Assembly (NCBI GenBank): GCA_039545335.1 | Contig: BCIN01000010.1 | Location: 248,001 to 312,000 of the forward strand | Direction of reading: 5' to 3' | From: Kondoa subrosea | Lineage: Eukaryota | Length of the DNA stretch: 64,000 bases | Part shown: piece by piece, positions 49,956-62,224 of the stretch | Numbering within the stretch: the stretch's first letter is position 1 | Layout of the letters: each line of letters starts with the position of its first letter | Program-made: the position numbers and the translations under genes | Notes under the pieces: generated by a model | Told to the model about the DNA's origin: nothing | Databases searched by the model: none | What the model saw: the letters and a program-made list of their open reading frames with translations, nothing else

Positions 49956-51109
49956 CTACTGTGCCAGCTTTTGTATTTCACTTTGATCCAGACCTTCTAG
50001 TCGGTGCAATAGATAATCAACCTGTGAGAGAGACGCGCAATGATCATGAATGAAGGTATCGCTCGAGATAATGAAGAGCGGCTCACCTCCACCTCCTTCG
50101 TCAGAGGAATCAAGTAATCCCTGTAAAGCTTAACCACTTGTTCTGCATCGATCTTTCTTTTCTCACTTTCCACAACCAGTCCATCCGGGCCCCAATCCGC
50201 TCCGTAGAGTTCAGCTTTCTTTCTTAACCGGACAAGCAAGGCAGCTTCCACTTCAGGTTTCACAATCAAAGCCAACAGAGCTTCTGGATTGGGGTTGAGG
50301 ATATGCGGAACGAAAGCTGAAGGGGAAGAAAGAAATTTCGATTCGGCTACAAACATGCCTGTTAAAGATGTTAAGTCAGTAGTTGTGCACACGACAATAG
50401 AAGCAAAAGGTACTCACCATAATGGACTCGTCGACTGATTGCTTGCAAAGCTTCTAAATCCCTCGTAGCGCAACTCCCATAATTCTGATCATCTTGCAGC
50501 GGATGTGAAGCAGTGATTGCAGGTATAATGTTCTGCACATAGTGTTTCAGAATGGAAGGGTTGACGTTGATACGACTGGTTGAAGCTGGGTATAAGATAG
50601 CTGGATAATTTTGAGCTGGTAAGATTGGTGAAGGTAATAACTCCAAAGCAGTGAAGGGATATTCATCAGGACTTTCGTATCTTCTTACTTTGGCTATGAA
50701 TCCACATAGAAATCAGGACTTGGAAGTCAATAAGGGCGTCGAAGCTCGACGTACCGCACATGCTCTCAGTTTCCATCAAAAACCAGTCGAGCCATGATCC
50801 AGCAAAGGTGTCAGTATGCAGCACTTCGCTGAACCCATCCTTGTCATAAACTCTAGGATTATAAGCGAATTGAGCCCTTTCTATCAGAGCTAGAAGAAGA
50901 GAAGATCATTAAAGATATGAGAAAGGCAAGAGCTGAGGGAGAGAGAGTCCAAAGTACAGAATATAATGGTCTCTTCCAATCTAGCAAGAACGCTTCGAAT
51001 GCTCGACAAGGACTGTTTCCTTTCCAATCAGAATTGCCAGTGTCGCCAAGAGAAGGTAATCATGGCATACAAGAACATCTTCTGGTGATCGCCCTAGCAA
51101 GTTCTGCAT
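49956..51109 (-). CDS. ARO7: Chorismate mutase (eukaryotic AroQ)
   Basis: [70 protein letters not shown] and IPLTKEVEVDYLLHRL. Confidence 0.96.
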
Positions 51110-51232
51110 GGTATGATCAACAAGTCGCGGTTTCGACAAGGGAAATGCACAAATGTTTCGAAGAGGGAATGCAATAACACTAGCATGAATTGCGCCCTGC
51201 CTATACGTGCTACAAACTACTGCTGCTTCAAC

Positions 51233-52161
51233 CTAGAACTTCATCAAGTGAGGGAATTGACCCTTGCTGAGGCTGAATGGAGAGGCAAGGTATTTGGCAA
51301 GGTTAGGTGTCTTGTTGATGGCTTCAAGCAGCGATTTGTCGAGGGATTTCCTTCAAAGTCGCAATCAGACTTTTATCGAATTCCGGTCATGATGGACTTA
51401 CTGGTCTGCTGACTTGGATGCCTTCTTTTCTTTCTCTTCAGCGGTAGGTTCACTAGAATAGACAATATCAATACAAATGCAATGTAACAGGGACAGAATA
51501 ACACACGGCTTCTCTCCATCTTTGAAGAATTCAGCCTCCGATCCCTTGGATTTGGAAGCTCCTGCCTTTTTGAAGAACTCGTCGTTGAACTTTTCGTCAA
51601 CCTAAGGAAAAGATGCTAGGCTTGAGCATCTTGATGATACTTAATTGCAACGTTCTTGTGACATACCTTGAGGCCAGCAAGGTCTACTTTGGTAGAAGTA
51701 GCAATGACATATGCTTGGTTGACTCTTCGGATTGGTACGCCGTTCAATTTGAAAGGACCAGAGACGAGCAAGAGACCAGAAGAAAGCTGCTTGAGTGCGA
51801 CGACCCTCTTGCCTCGGTATTTGCCAGCCAGAAGAATGAGGACGGTACCGGGAGTGATGGATTTGCGCAAAGTAGCTGCTGCAGGAGTTGATTTCCTGGT
51901 CTTTTTGGGTTGAGCAGTATCTTCTGCAGGGTAGAAGCGAGAAGCCTTGTGCACTGGGACGTTTCTGGTTTCACCATTCTTTGAGCCTCCAACCTTTTTG
52001 CTCTTGGTTTCCGCTCCAGCTGCTGTAGCGTCTGCCACTTCCTTTGGCTTGGCCGCTTCCTTGTTCAATCTCTTGCTGAACCCTTTCTTGCTCTTGAGCG
52101 CACTTTTGCTCATCCTGTTGACATGACCTGCCAAAGTCGCATTTCGCCCAGATCTTGCCAT
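51233..52161 (-). CDS. RPL6: 60S ribosomal protein L6 (eL6)
   Basis: [55 protein letters not shown] and [14 protein letters not shown]. Confidence 0.98.
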
Positions 52162-52354
52162 TGCTGCTGTTTGAAAAGTTCTGATCCTTTAAGATCGTAG
52201 ATAGGGTATACAGAGCGATGGCACGAACCTTACGATGAGGAGTGAGAGGGAGGGAAGAAGGAAGCGAGATTTGATTTTGGCCAACGGACTGGGCCGTCCG
52301 ACTCGACACATCTCCCTCTTCTCTCCCTTCCTTCATTCTTCCCCATCAGCAAGC
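52162..52354. promoter_or_regulatory. Putative bidirectional promoter of RPL6 and RPL36
   Basis: 193 bp separate the divergent start codons. A pyrimidine tract precedes each gene on its own strand (purine run at ~52237-52263 on +, pyrimidine run at ~52311-52344). Confidence 0.6.
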
Positions 52355-53141
52355 AGTAAGCGCCTGAGACTATGCTGCAAGGCTGTTACTGATCCTCATG
52401 CTTTTCCCATTTCCAGTGGTCAAATCACCAGTAGAAAGGTCAATAACTTATGAAAAACTTGCAATGCCCCTACATGAATGCTTAAACCGGTGCAAATAGA
52501 TCTGGGCTGCCAGTCGGTCTCAACCGTGGTCATGTCACCAAACAAAGAGCTCTGCCTCTCAAGCCGGTCAACAAGAAGGGCAAATCTTCTCGCTCTCGTG
52601 AATTAGTTAGAGGCATCGTTAGGGAAGTCGCTGGATTCAACCCATACGAGAGAAGGGTTATGGAACTGTGTGTTACCATCTCTGATGAAAGCTTGAGCAA
52701 TGACTAACTGGTTTCACGCTTTTAGGCTCCGAAACCAAAAAGACAAGAAGGTTAGCTTCACTTCCCGTTCATTCAACATATTACCTTTCGTTCCTGCGTG
52801 TTTCGGTCTCTCTGTTGGCTCGTCCAGTCTTGATTGGTATCACTATACTTTTGGGCCAATACTGTACAATCCATTTTAATCGTGGATCAAGCACGAAGCT
52901 CTCCTTATATTAAAGCACTTGAATCGAGCATGACCGCATACTGACTCATCTTGTTCACCTCTCACAGGCACGAAAGCTTGCAAAGAAGAGATTGGGTACA
53001 CTTAAAAGAGCAAAGGGCAAGGTCGAGGAGTTGACCAATGTCATTGCAGAACAGAGGAGGTAAGCCATGCCTCCTACGACGAGTGAAGTGACGCGCATGC
53101 TCATCTATATTAACCCTCTTTTTCGCAGAGCTGGTCATTGA
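52355..53141 (+). CDS. RPL36: 60S ribosomal protein L36 (eL36)
   Basis: Spliced [22 protein letters not shown]...[46 protein letters not shown]...RRAGH*. The gene is missed by the ORF track. Confidence 0.95.
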
Positions 53142-53751
53142 TTCATCGTATAGGCTTCGCTGGTATCGAGATGAATGCATTGTTTCCGCCTTCTTTTTTC
53201 TATCTGCGTGTCTGTCTAGACCTTGACGTGTTGATGAATCTTTTGCCTGATCGAATGCTGTACCGTGTCGCACACCAGGCTGACACTAAATTCGGATTAA
53301 CAAATCCTTTGAGTCCGTTCCGATAAGTCCAGATAGAATCATAGGATGCAGTTATCGGTCATATAGAGGCCCGGTGACAATATAACAGATTGGAGCAACC
53401 TCAAGATGAGTTACGCCACATAGTCCGTCTTCGCGCGGATCCAATTCGTGTCCCGAGCCAAACTCATTCGTGTTTCAATTTGCTGTACGGTGTCTGTAAC
53501 GAGCACACGACAAATAGGTTAGTCAAGCCTAGATCAAATGTCTGCAGCAAGAACTCCATCCCTCGAAATTCGGCGCCTGCCACGCCCAAAACACTTGTCA
53601 CTCAATCATTCCTCGTTTGCGCTCTTGTTGGGGTCTCTCTCCGGTCTCTCTATCGCTCAACAAGTAATCCAAGGTCCTGGTGCTGATCGCCGCGTGCAAT
53701 TTATAACAGGAAACCACCTTTTTCTCCTGTTATAACGAATTTCAAGCAAAC

Positions 53752-54618
<867 letters not shown>

Positions 54619-55214
54619 AGCGTTCACATTCGAAGTGGTTCTCGACCTGTTGTTTCTCTTACAGTAAAAGGCTTCGGTTTTCACCGCTTGCGTTTATGTA
54701 GCTTGAGATTTTGCATGTCTGGAAAACAGGCAGAGATGTTGGAAAGAGAGGCTCTCCCCTTGCATTTGGCTTAAATAGTATACTTTTCTTTCACTCAGCT
54801 CTATTGCCTTTGCCCTGTTTCAAGCTTGTCGGTCGACGTTTACTTTGTTTCTTGTTTGGAAGCCTTTTGTCGGCTATTGTCGTGCAGACTTGTTCACACT
54901 GTAAGTTGCTCCTGAGCTGCTGCAGCAAACGCGTCTAGTACTTTCGCTGTCGAAGAGTATACTTTTCTCGTTATCATCTGCGTTGATCTGGCAAGTTCGA
55001 TGCGGTCTATTGAGAAAATCACGAGATAACCTATACTTTAGCTGCAACGTTTAGTCGCCTCTTTCAACTCCGGTTTCTTTGAGCACTCTGAGTTCTCCTG
55101 TACATGCATTTCAAGGGATGGCAGCATCCGGCAATGGAATCTGTAATATTGACAGTGTGATATTGGAATACATCGCTATAATCGACTTCAGACTACTACC
55201 GATATTCAATCAGT

Positions 55215-58200
55215 TCAATAATAAGGTCTAGGCTGCCCATATGGATTCGGCGGTTGATGCTGTTGATACTGTTGCGGCTGTTGTGGTTGCGGCTGCCCCA
55301 AGTTGGGTTGGCCGTAATTTGGATATTGAGGATGCGCAGGATTCCCTTGTATTGGACTTTGGCTGTATGGACGTTGAGGCGGCATCGGAGCCGGCGTTTG
55401 CTGCAAGGAGTAAGTCGGCTGACCGTAACCTTGGGCAACTGGAGGCTGGCTAGATTGGGAATGAAGATAATTAGAGGAAAGCTGTGAAGATGGTTGCTGG
55501 TTTGAAAGTTTTTGAGCTTCCACATTTGTGTAATAAGGCGATTGAGCGCCAGGTGAGCTATAATTGTAAGAATTAGCTGTCGGAGTCGGAGAGTAGGAAT
55601 TATATTGCATGGGAGCCGGAGGAGGAGGGAGAGATGGATTTCGTTGTGGTTGAGCGTAAGATGAAGTTGAAGATGCCTGGCTCTGATATGGCTGCATACC
55701 ATTTGTGCCTGCAGGATAAGAAGTCATCGACTGAGGCGATGGAGCGGGTCTGTATGCTGCAGGAGTTGGGGAATAGGAAGATACTGGTAATCGATTGGAA
55801 GACGGATTCGAGGAAGAGGGTCTCGTATCGGGGAAATGCACTCCGCCATGCAAGCTTGTTGCGGGAGTGGTGGGATATTGAGGAAGATAAGGAGTTTGGT
55901 TCGATGACAAGTTGAGGCTCCCCATTGATTGACTCAGCGACGAGTCAGTAGAAGTATTCAGTCTGGACGAGAGGTCTGCGGAAGCCACCGCTCTTGAGCG
56001 CTCGCTGGACCGTGTAGTCGTATACCTTGTGACACTTGCTCGGATACTGTCTACCAACTCCTTGAGATCTCGATAGAAAGCAATGCCTTTGCTGAGAACA
56101 GAAGGTCATGAGATTCGGCTGTTTGTGGAATGGACGTGAGCCTCACCCTAATCCAGCTCTAACGTCTTCGTAAGCCTCGAAGGCTGAAGTGAAACGGCTT
56201 TCTAGCTCCTTTCTACCGCTATCAGCCGTATTCCATTGTTTTTGTATTGTCTTGGCGCTAGTACTTTCTGTCAAGAGCCTATATTGTGTCGACAGCTCCT
56301 GCAAAAGCGATTGCTGGTGATGCAGTGTTGAGGCAATTCGAGCCTGATGAGGTCGGAACTTCTCCAATTCAGCCGCAAACAGCGTCGGCTCAACATTCTG
56401 TGACTTGCGATTGAGAATAAGCAGATGAGAAATATCGTCCGCTTGCGTCTAGTATCAGTGCAACAAGCATCAGTCTCTCAATCCCGCTCCTCTGACAGAC
56501 ATGCCTCACCCTTTCTTTGAGATCTTTGAGGACATCCGCGCGTTCTCTTTTAATTGCATACAGCCTCTCGATCAAACTTTCGACAGCTGCCACGGCCTGA
56601 TCGATTTGAGCCTGGTCATCTTCGCTCGCATTGAAATCTCCCTCGCCCAGCAGGTCTAATTCTTTTGCATTGCCAGAAGATGATTGTAATGAGCTTGCAT
56701 ACAAGTGCTGCAAAGCTGAGAAATCGCTCAAGATTGCTACATCGGCCTTACAGCGGTCCCAAAGAGCTGACACATGCGAATCAGAGGCGGATGCGTCTTC
56801 GATTGCCGATTGCCGTTCTTTGATGTCAGTCTTGAGACTTCTAAATTCCATGACAGAAGCTGATGGTGCCTGGTTGAAGTGTGATGGATACTTGCGCCGA
56901 GCACTTTCGCAATCTCGTTCTTCGGTAGCTAAGTCTTGTGCCGAGCGTTCCAATTCGCCCAGACACTGGTTCTTGAGGCTGACAAGGGTGTTGAGGAATT
57001 CAGTAGTCTTTGTGGTCCGTTCTTGAGTCGACACCTCTCTCGAGTACTTCGCCACGTTCTGACTAGGTTCAATAGACGAGGCAGTATCTTTGCTTTTGAA
57101 TTTGGCCAGAGACGATGGAAGACCGAGATATTCTAATGAGGTGATCATTTCGCCATCTGCCACTTCAGCTCCTTCAGCTTCTTTCCTGACTAGTTTCGCT
57201 TTCTCCTCCGAATACATGCTTGCGCTTTCATGCACCGACAAGGGCACCAGCTTGATAAAAATGTCGGGGCCGACAATCTTTTGAACTTCAGGATTCCCGT
57301 ATACTTCTTGTATAGGAATTGGATCTGCTACTGATGTCTTCTCTAGGATTGGTAGGGAGGCTTCCAATGTAGGTTTGGCATGATAGATGAGATCGTTCTC
57401 CTTGGAAGCTGTTGCCAAAGCGGACTGAACGAGAGTTTGATGCGATTTGGTCATTTCATTCAAAGACGCAACCGAGTCAGCTGGAAGGGTCGGATTCAGG
57501 GAAGGTGCAAAGATAGCATGGAAATGGGATGCGTTGCGAGTCGCTTCTTTGGCCGATTCGACAGCTGAGGTCAATCGAGTCAAAGCATCTCCATACTTGG
57601 TTGCTGTTGTATCGGCAATTGAGCGGTTGTATTGTGCCAATGAGGCAAAGTAGCTTGCTTTGCACTAAAGGATGAAGGATCTCAAAACAGCAACTAGCGT
57701 GTGACGGAGATGCGAGCATACCTGAATCAGCAATGACCAGCTTCGACTAAACCAGCCCTTTGACACAAAATCCTTAAGATCTTCTTCTACAGAATGATAG
57801 AGTCCTGCAGCGGAATTGCAGACTTTCGCTTTCAAGCCAGCCCCTTTCTTGTCTGTCGACATACGCTCGATGAAGACTTCTGTTGCTTGACCCAGCATCA
57901 GTGCAATGAGGACTTTGACAACTTCTTTGGACAGGTCAGTGGAGGGTGCGTGAAGGAAATTGTCGTTGATATAGGTGTACATTCCAGCAGACTGCTTGAA
58001 ATAGGTGAAGGCTCGCTTCAGACCTTCAGGAGAGGCCCTATTCTGGGAAGCAGCAAGAGCAGAAAGGGTTGCCGCAATGTTGAAGATGACGGAAGCCTTC
58101 TCGTAAGCCAATGACAGCTGTGAGATCTGCTTCTGGGTGAATGCATCGGCCCTGGAAGAGTTTCCGCTGTCAGGTCTCGCAACAAATATTCAACCAAAAA

Positions 58201-58475
58201 CTACCTCACCAAGGAAACGGAACTCGAAGTTCAGGGAAACGCAGCTCAAGCAGCTCAAGTTGGCCAAAGTACTTGTATAGCAAATCTCTTGCTGTTACAT
58301 CTGATCCAGCTGTGCCACGTAACGCATCTTGCCTACATCTATTCAGGGCTGCGCACTCGTCCGAATAATCGTCAGGCTTCTCGCCATAGACTGAACCAAT
58401 GATTGATCTGATGGCTGGGGACCAATCCACTTCCTGCGTCACTTTCGACGGCGCGTACAGCAAAGGGGAGGTCAT
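55215..58475 (-). CDS. BRO1: ESCRT-associated Bro1 (BRO1 + V domain + Pro-rich tail)
   Basis: [79 protein letters not shown] and a P/Q/Y-rich C-terminus. Confidence 0.93.
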
Positions 58476-58560
58476 CCGCGCGGCGAGGTGTCGAAGTTGC
58501 TCGATTGTCGCTGTCTATAAGAAACCTCCATCTCATTGTTTCTTGTTTCTTGCGAGAGCC

Positions 58561-60672
58561 ATGGGCAAGCGAACGTGAGCTTTTAATGCACTAATGCTTT
58601 ACGCAAGAACTGATATTAGCTTTCATCAAGGGCGGAGTCGCAATTGACCCAGGATAATGTTCGTTTCGATATGTGGAACTTGCTTAGGATCAGGCTGATA
58701 TTGCTGACAGGTGAACGATGCGTACGACGACGATTCTCATGAAGAAGGCAAAGATTTCGCGAAAGCCGCACCTGAAGCATTGCAGACCAGAAAGTTGGTT
58801 TGTCTGCTTTCATGCTGTGGAGAGATTTTTACCTAGGCAACAGAATCAAAGGGCTACCTAGCAGGAGGTCAGGATCATCTACACCTGTGCAATCTCCCAA
58901 ACCTTCGTCAGAAAACAAGGCATTCAACTTTAGTACATCTGCGAACCAAAGCAGCAATGCTTCATCAACCCTCGATAATCCATACATTTCGCTGCGAGGT
59001 CTCAATGTATCAGTGATCAACACACTGCAGAAGCTGATTACAGAAGACCCATTCACGAACTTATATGATCAGCTGTCGAACATGACACAAAAATACAAGA
59101 TAGAGCGAGATCAGATCGATAAAACAACAGTCTCTTCTTCTGCTGGCACTACAACGCAAGGAGTCGTCAATTTTGCTGTGAATGGAGAGGTCGCAACTGC
59201 ATCGCAACCGACACCAACTCCCTTTGCAGGATTTTCCTTTTCGTCTCCAGCATCCACATCCAAATCAACAATAGCAGAGAAGAAAGATAGTAAAAGTGGA
59301 CCTCCGGCTCCTCCTGCGAATGGCTTCTCGTTTGGTGGTAAAGTTATGGGCACACCCGAATCCGCTAAAAATCTGCCCTCATCCTCATCTACACCTTCAC
59401 CTGGAGGCTTTGTATTCGACGCCAGCAAAGTACCAAAGAATGCAGAAAAGTCGGCCTTTTCTTTCCCTGTTCAACCTCCGGTCACCAGCAAGGAGCTAAG
59501 CGTGCCCAAACCACTTGCTGCCGTCAGCATGCCGTCACGTCCTTCTCCCTTGCGAGAGTCATCGCATGTCGACTCACCTCCATCAGCGAAGAAAGCGGAA
59601 GAGCCAGTCAAAGTCAATCCATTTGCCTCTTTCGGTGGTTTCGGCAGCAACAAGCCTGTAATTCCACCGCCCGTCACAACAACAGCAGCAGAAACCCCTA
59701 GCAATCCTTTCGCGGCATTTCAACCCAGCAACAAGGCACAGTCAAGTAGCATCACAACACCATCGTTCAGTTTCGGATCTGCTGCAACTGCAACTGAAAG
59801 TGCACCCAAGCCTACCTTTTCTTTTGGGACGACAATAGCTAAAGATACAAAGAGTGAAACGAAAGCAGCTCCCACATTCTCATTTGGTTCGGCTAATACA
59901 AGTCAAAGTTCATCTGATAAGCCGAGCTCTACTTTCAGTTTCGGCGCTCTTCCAGCCACTACAACATCGTCCAGCAGTGTTGCAACACCCTCTGTTACTT
60001 CTTCATTCTCTTTTGGTCAAGCAGCCAAGCCCGCCAATGTCGGCTTTTCTTTTGGATCAGCAACTTCAACAAATAATGCGACACCATCCTTTTCATTTGG
60101 CGCTGCTAGTAGTGCGACGACTTCCAAGCCTGCATCGGTCGGTTTCTCTTTCACTCCTTCAGTACCGTCAACAGCTGCTTCCTCTCAGCCGCAATCTGAA
60201 GCTGAAGAAACACCAGCAGGCGAAGTTTCTGGACCGCCAGAAGTCGTTGACAACCCTCTGTTGACCACTGGCGAAGGTGAAGAAGATGAGACAACGCTAC
60301 ATGAAACGAGGGCAGCTGTTTATGTATTAGAGAAGGGAGCAGAAACGAAATGGGTCAATCGAGGAGTTACGCTCTTCAAGGTGAAAGAGGATTCTAAAAA
60401 GGGAAAGAAAAGGGTTCTAGCTCGGTTAGCTACTACTGCGTCTGGTACTATCGTCTTGGTATGCAAATCAGTCGTTTCCTTCTTCTCGCAGGCTGACAGT
60501 TGATCCATAGAATTTCAATATCCCTAAAGGCTGGAAAGCCGAATGTAACGGCAAAGAAGTGAGCTTTGTTGGTTTCTTTGGAGAGGAGAACAAGGCATGC
60601 AAAGTGAAAGTCAAGACTGTAGAAAAGGCTACGGAACTTAAAGAGGCGCTCAACGCTGCAGCTGAGGTGTAG
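58561..60672 (+). CDS. NUP2: Nup2/Nup50-like nucleoporin (NUP50 N-terminus, FxFG repeats, Ran-binding domain)
   Basis: Spliced N-terminus MGKRTAESQLTQDN...RKIKGLP, many FSFG repeats, and GEGEEDETTLHETRAAVY...KWVNRGV...RVLAR (RanBD). Confidence 0.85.
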
Positions 60673-60740
60673 AGTTTGTCACGATTTTGCATTGCATGGC
60701 GTGTGACCGAATCGTATGCGTGATAATACGTGAATACATT

Positions 60741-62022
60741 TCAATCTTCGCCGTCGCGCAGTACGCCAGGACAGAAGTAAGTCAAAACACCTCCCGATTC
60801 GGGACCTGCGCCAATGTAGACATAGAAGACGCAGCAAAAGTCCTTGCAAATTGCTAAATTCGGCAGTTTGGGTTAGAAAGATTCGAAAGACATGAGTTTT
60901 GCTCACAAGCAATTGCCGTTCCAGCGATAGCTCTGCTGGTTAAGAACTTGCCCAGGCTCTTCGCATCGAGAGAGCACGAAAAGAATTGTTGAAGGTCCCC
61001 CCGTTGCTGCGTTGGTGTAGGTCCTTGAGCTGGATCATCGGGTGTCACAAATTCAGGATGTCTCAAGTCCCTCCATTCCACTGTTACTTTCGCTTGATCT
61101 GATTCTACACCCATTCGAAGTATTCCCGACCGGTTTGCCGACAAAGTAACAGTAGTTGAGATTTTGGATAAGCGGGCTAGTACCGTGGTCAAAGCAGTCA
61201 AGGGCGGAAGAACGATATGCAGCTTTAATCCTGATCAGTCTTACAACTTCATATGTGAAGATCCTGGACTTACGTCGGGGTCTGGACACATAGGTTCTTT
61301 GATGTTGTTCAGATTTGGCAGCACCTTAACAGAGACATCTTGTACCACATCTAATTGTCGGCCGGATCCGCTCTAGCAAACAATGAGGTTATGCAGGCGG
61401 GATAGAGGACATTAACCTACCGCGTTTTTAATCGAAATGCTCAAGACGGGGAACTTGCCTTTCTTCGTTAGCCTCAAAATTACCTCAGTCTGGTACTCGA
61501 AGGTCAGAGCTATGTGTAGTATACACAGCAAAAGGAAGCCTACCGCACCATCGGCAGATTTTAGAGCTCTGGATGAAGCGAAAGATTAGCGTCAGCTAGG
61601 TAAGTGAAATTGATTTTACTTTTGCAGCGAGTCAGTAAGGAGCTCCAAATAAATCTCGTTGCCGCTATTAGATTCCACACGAGAAGTCTTGAAGAGGGTT
61701 TCCTGAGATGGCAGATCAGTTGACAAACAGCTTCTAATAATAATGGACACATACTGCTTCGAATTGGCTGGGAAGAAAAATGTCAGATGGGCGAGTATGC
61801 GATTCATGGGGACTCACGCCCAAACCTGAACACCGCTGGTATCTTCTCCTGCACAAATGAAGAATATGCGTTCTCGAGCCAGCTTGAGCACGCATCGTTT
61901 CGAAAGCTTATCAATAGATTGACAGACGCCTGCAGACAGGATGAGAGGAGAAAAATATAGACAAGAAAACTAGAAATACGAGTGAACGTCGCTAAGCTCG
62001 AAACTTCAGCCCTGAAGCGCAT
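60741..62022 (-). CDS. HUS1: 9-1-1 checkpoint clamp subunit Hus1/Mec3
   Basis: MRFRAEV, QVWA, ESNSGNEIYLE, KALKSA, LRLTKK, VVQDVSVKVL, IKEPMCPDPDLHIVLPPL, LSANRSG and GVLTYFCPG. Confidence 0.92.
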
Positions 62023-62224
62023 CGCATTGAGGCGCGAGCACCCTGAGAGCTATTTGCAAGAGCTGCAGAGGCGTCAGCAGCGAGGACTGGTGGAATCTCA
62101 TCAACCTCGTGGGTGTCATCTTTGTTGACTGATATCAACGATGCAATCTTGGTGACTGGGCGATACAAGAGCATAGACGTCTTCTTCAATTTGATACTGA
62201 TACGCTCGACCGCCTCCGCAAGCC

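Noticed and set aside
52669..52725. CTGATGA (C-box-like) in a short RPL36 intron
   Set aside because: The intron is only ~57 nt and has no suitably placed D box, so it is too small for a C/D snoRNA.
59200..60160. Repeated TTC/TTT-GG motifs
   Set aside because: Explained by FxFG repeats of the Nup2-like nucleoporin.
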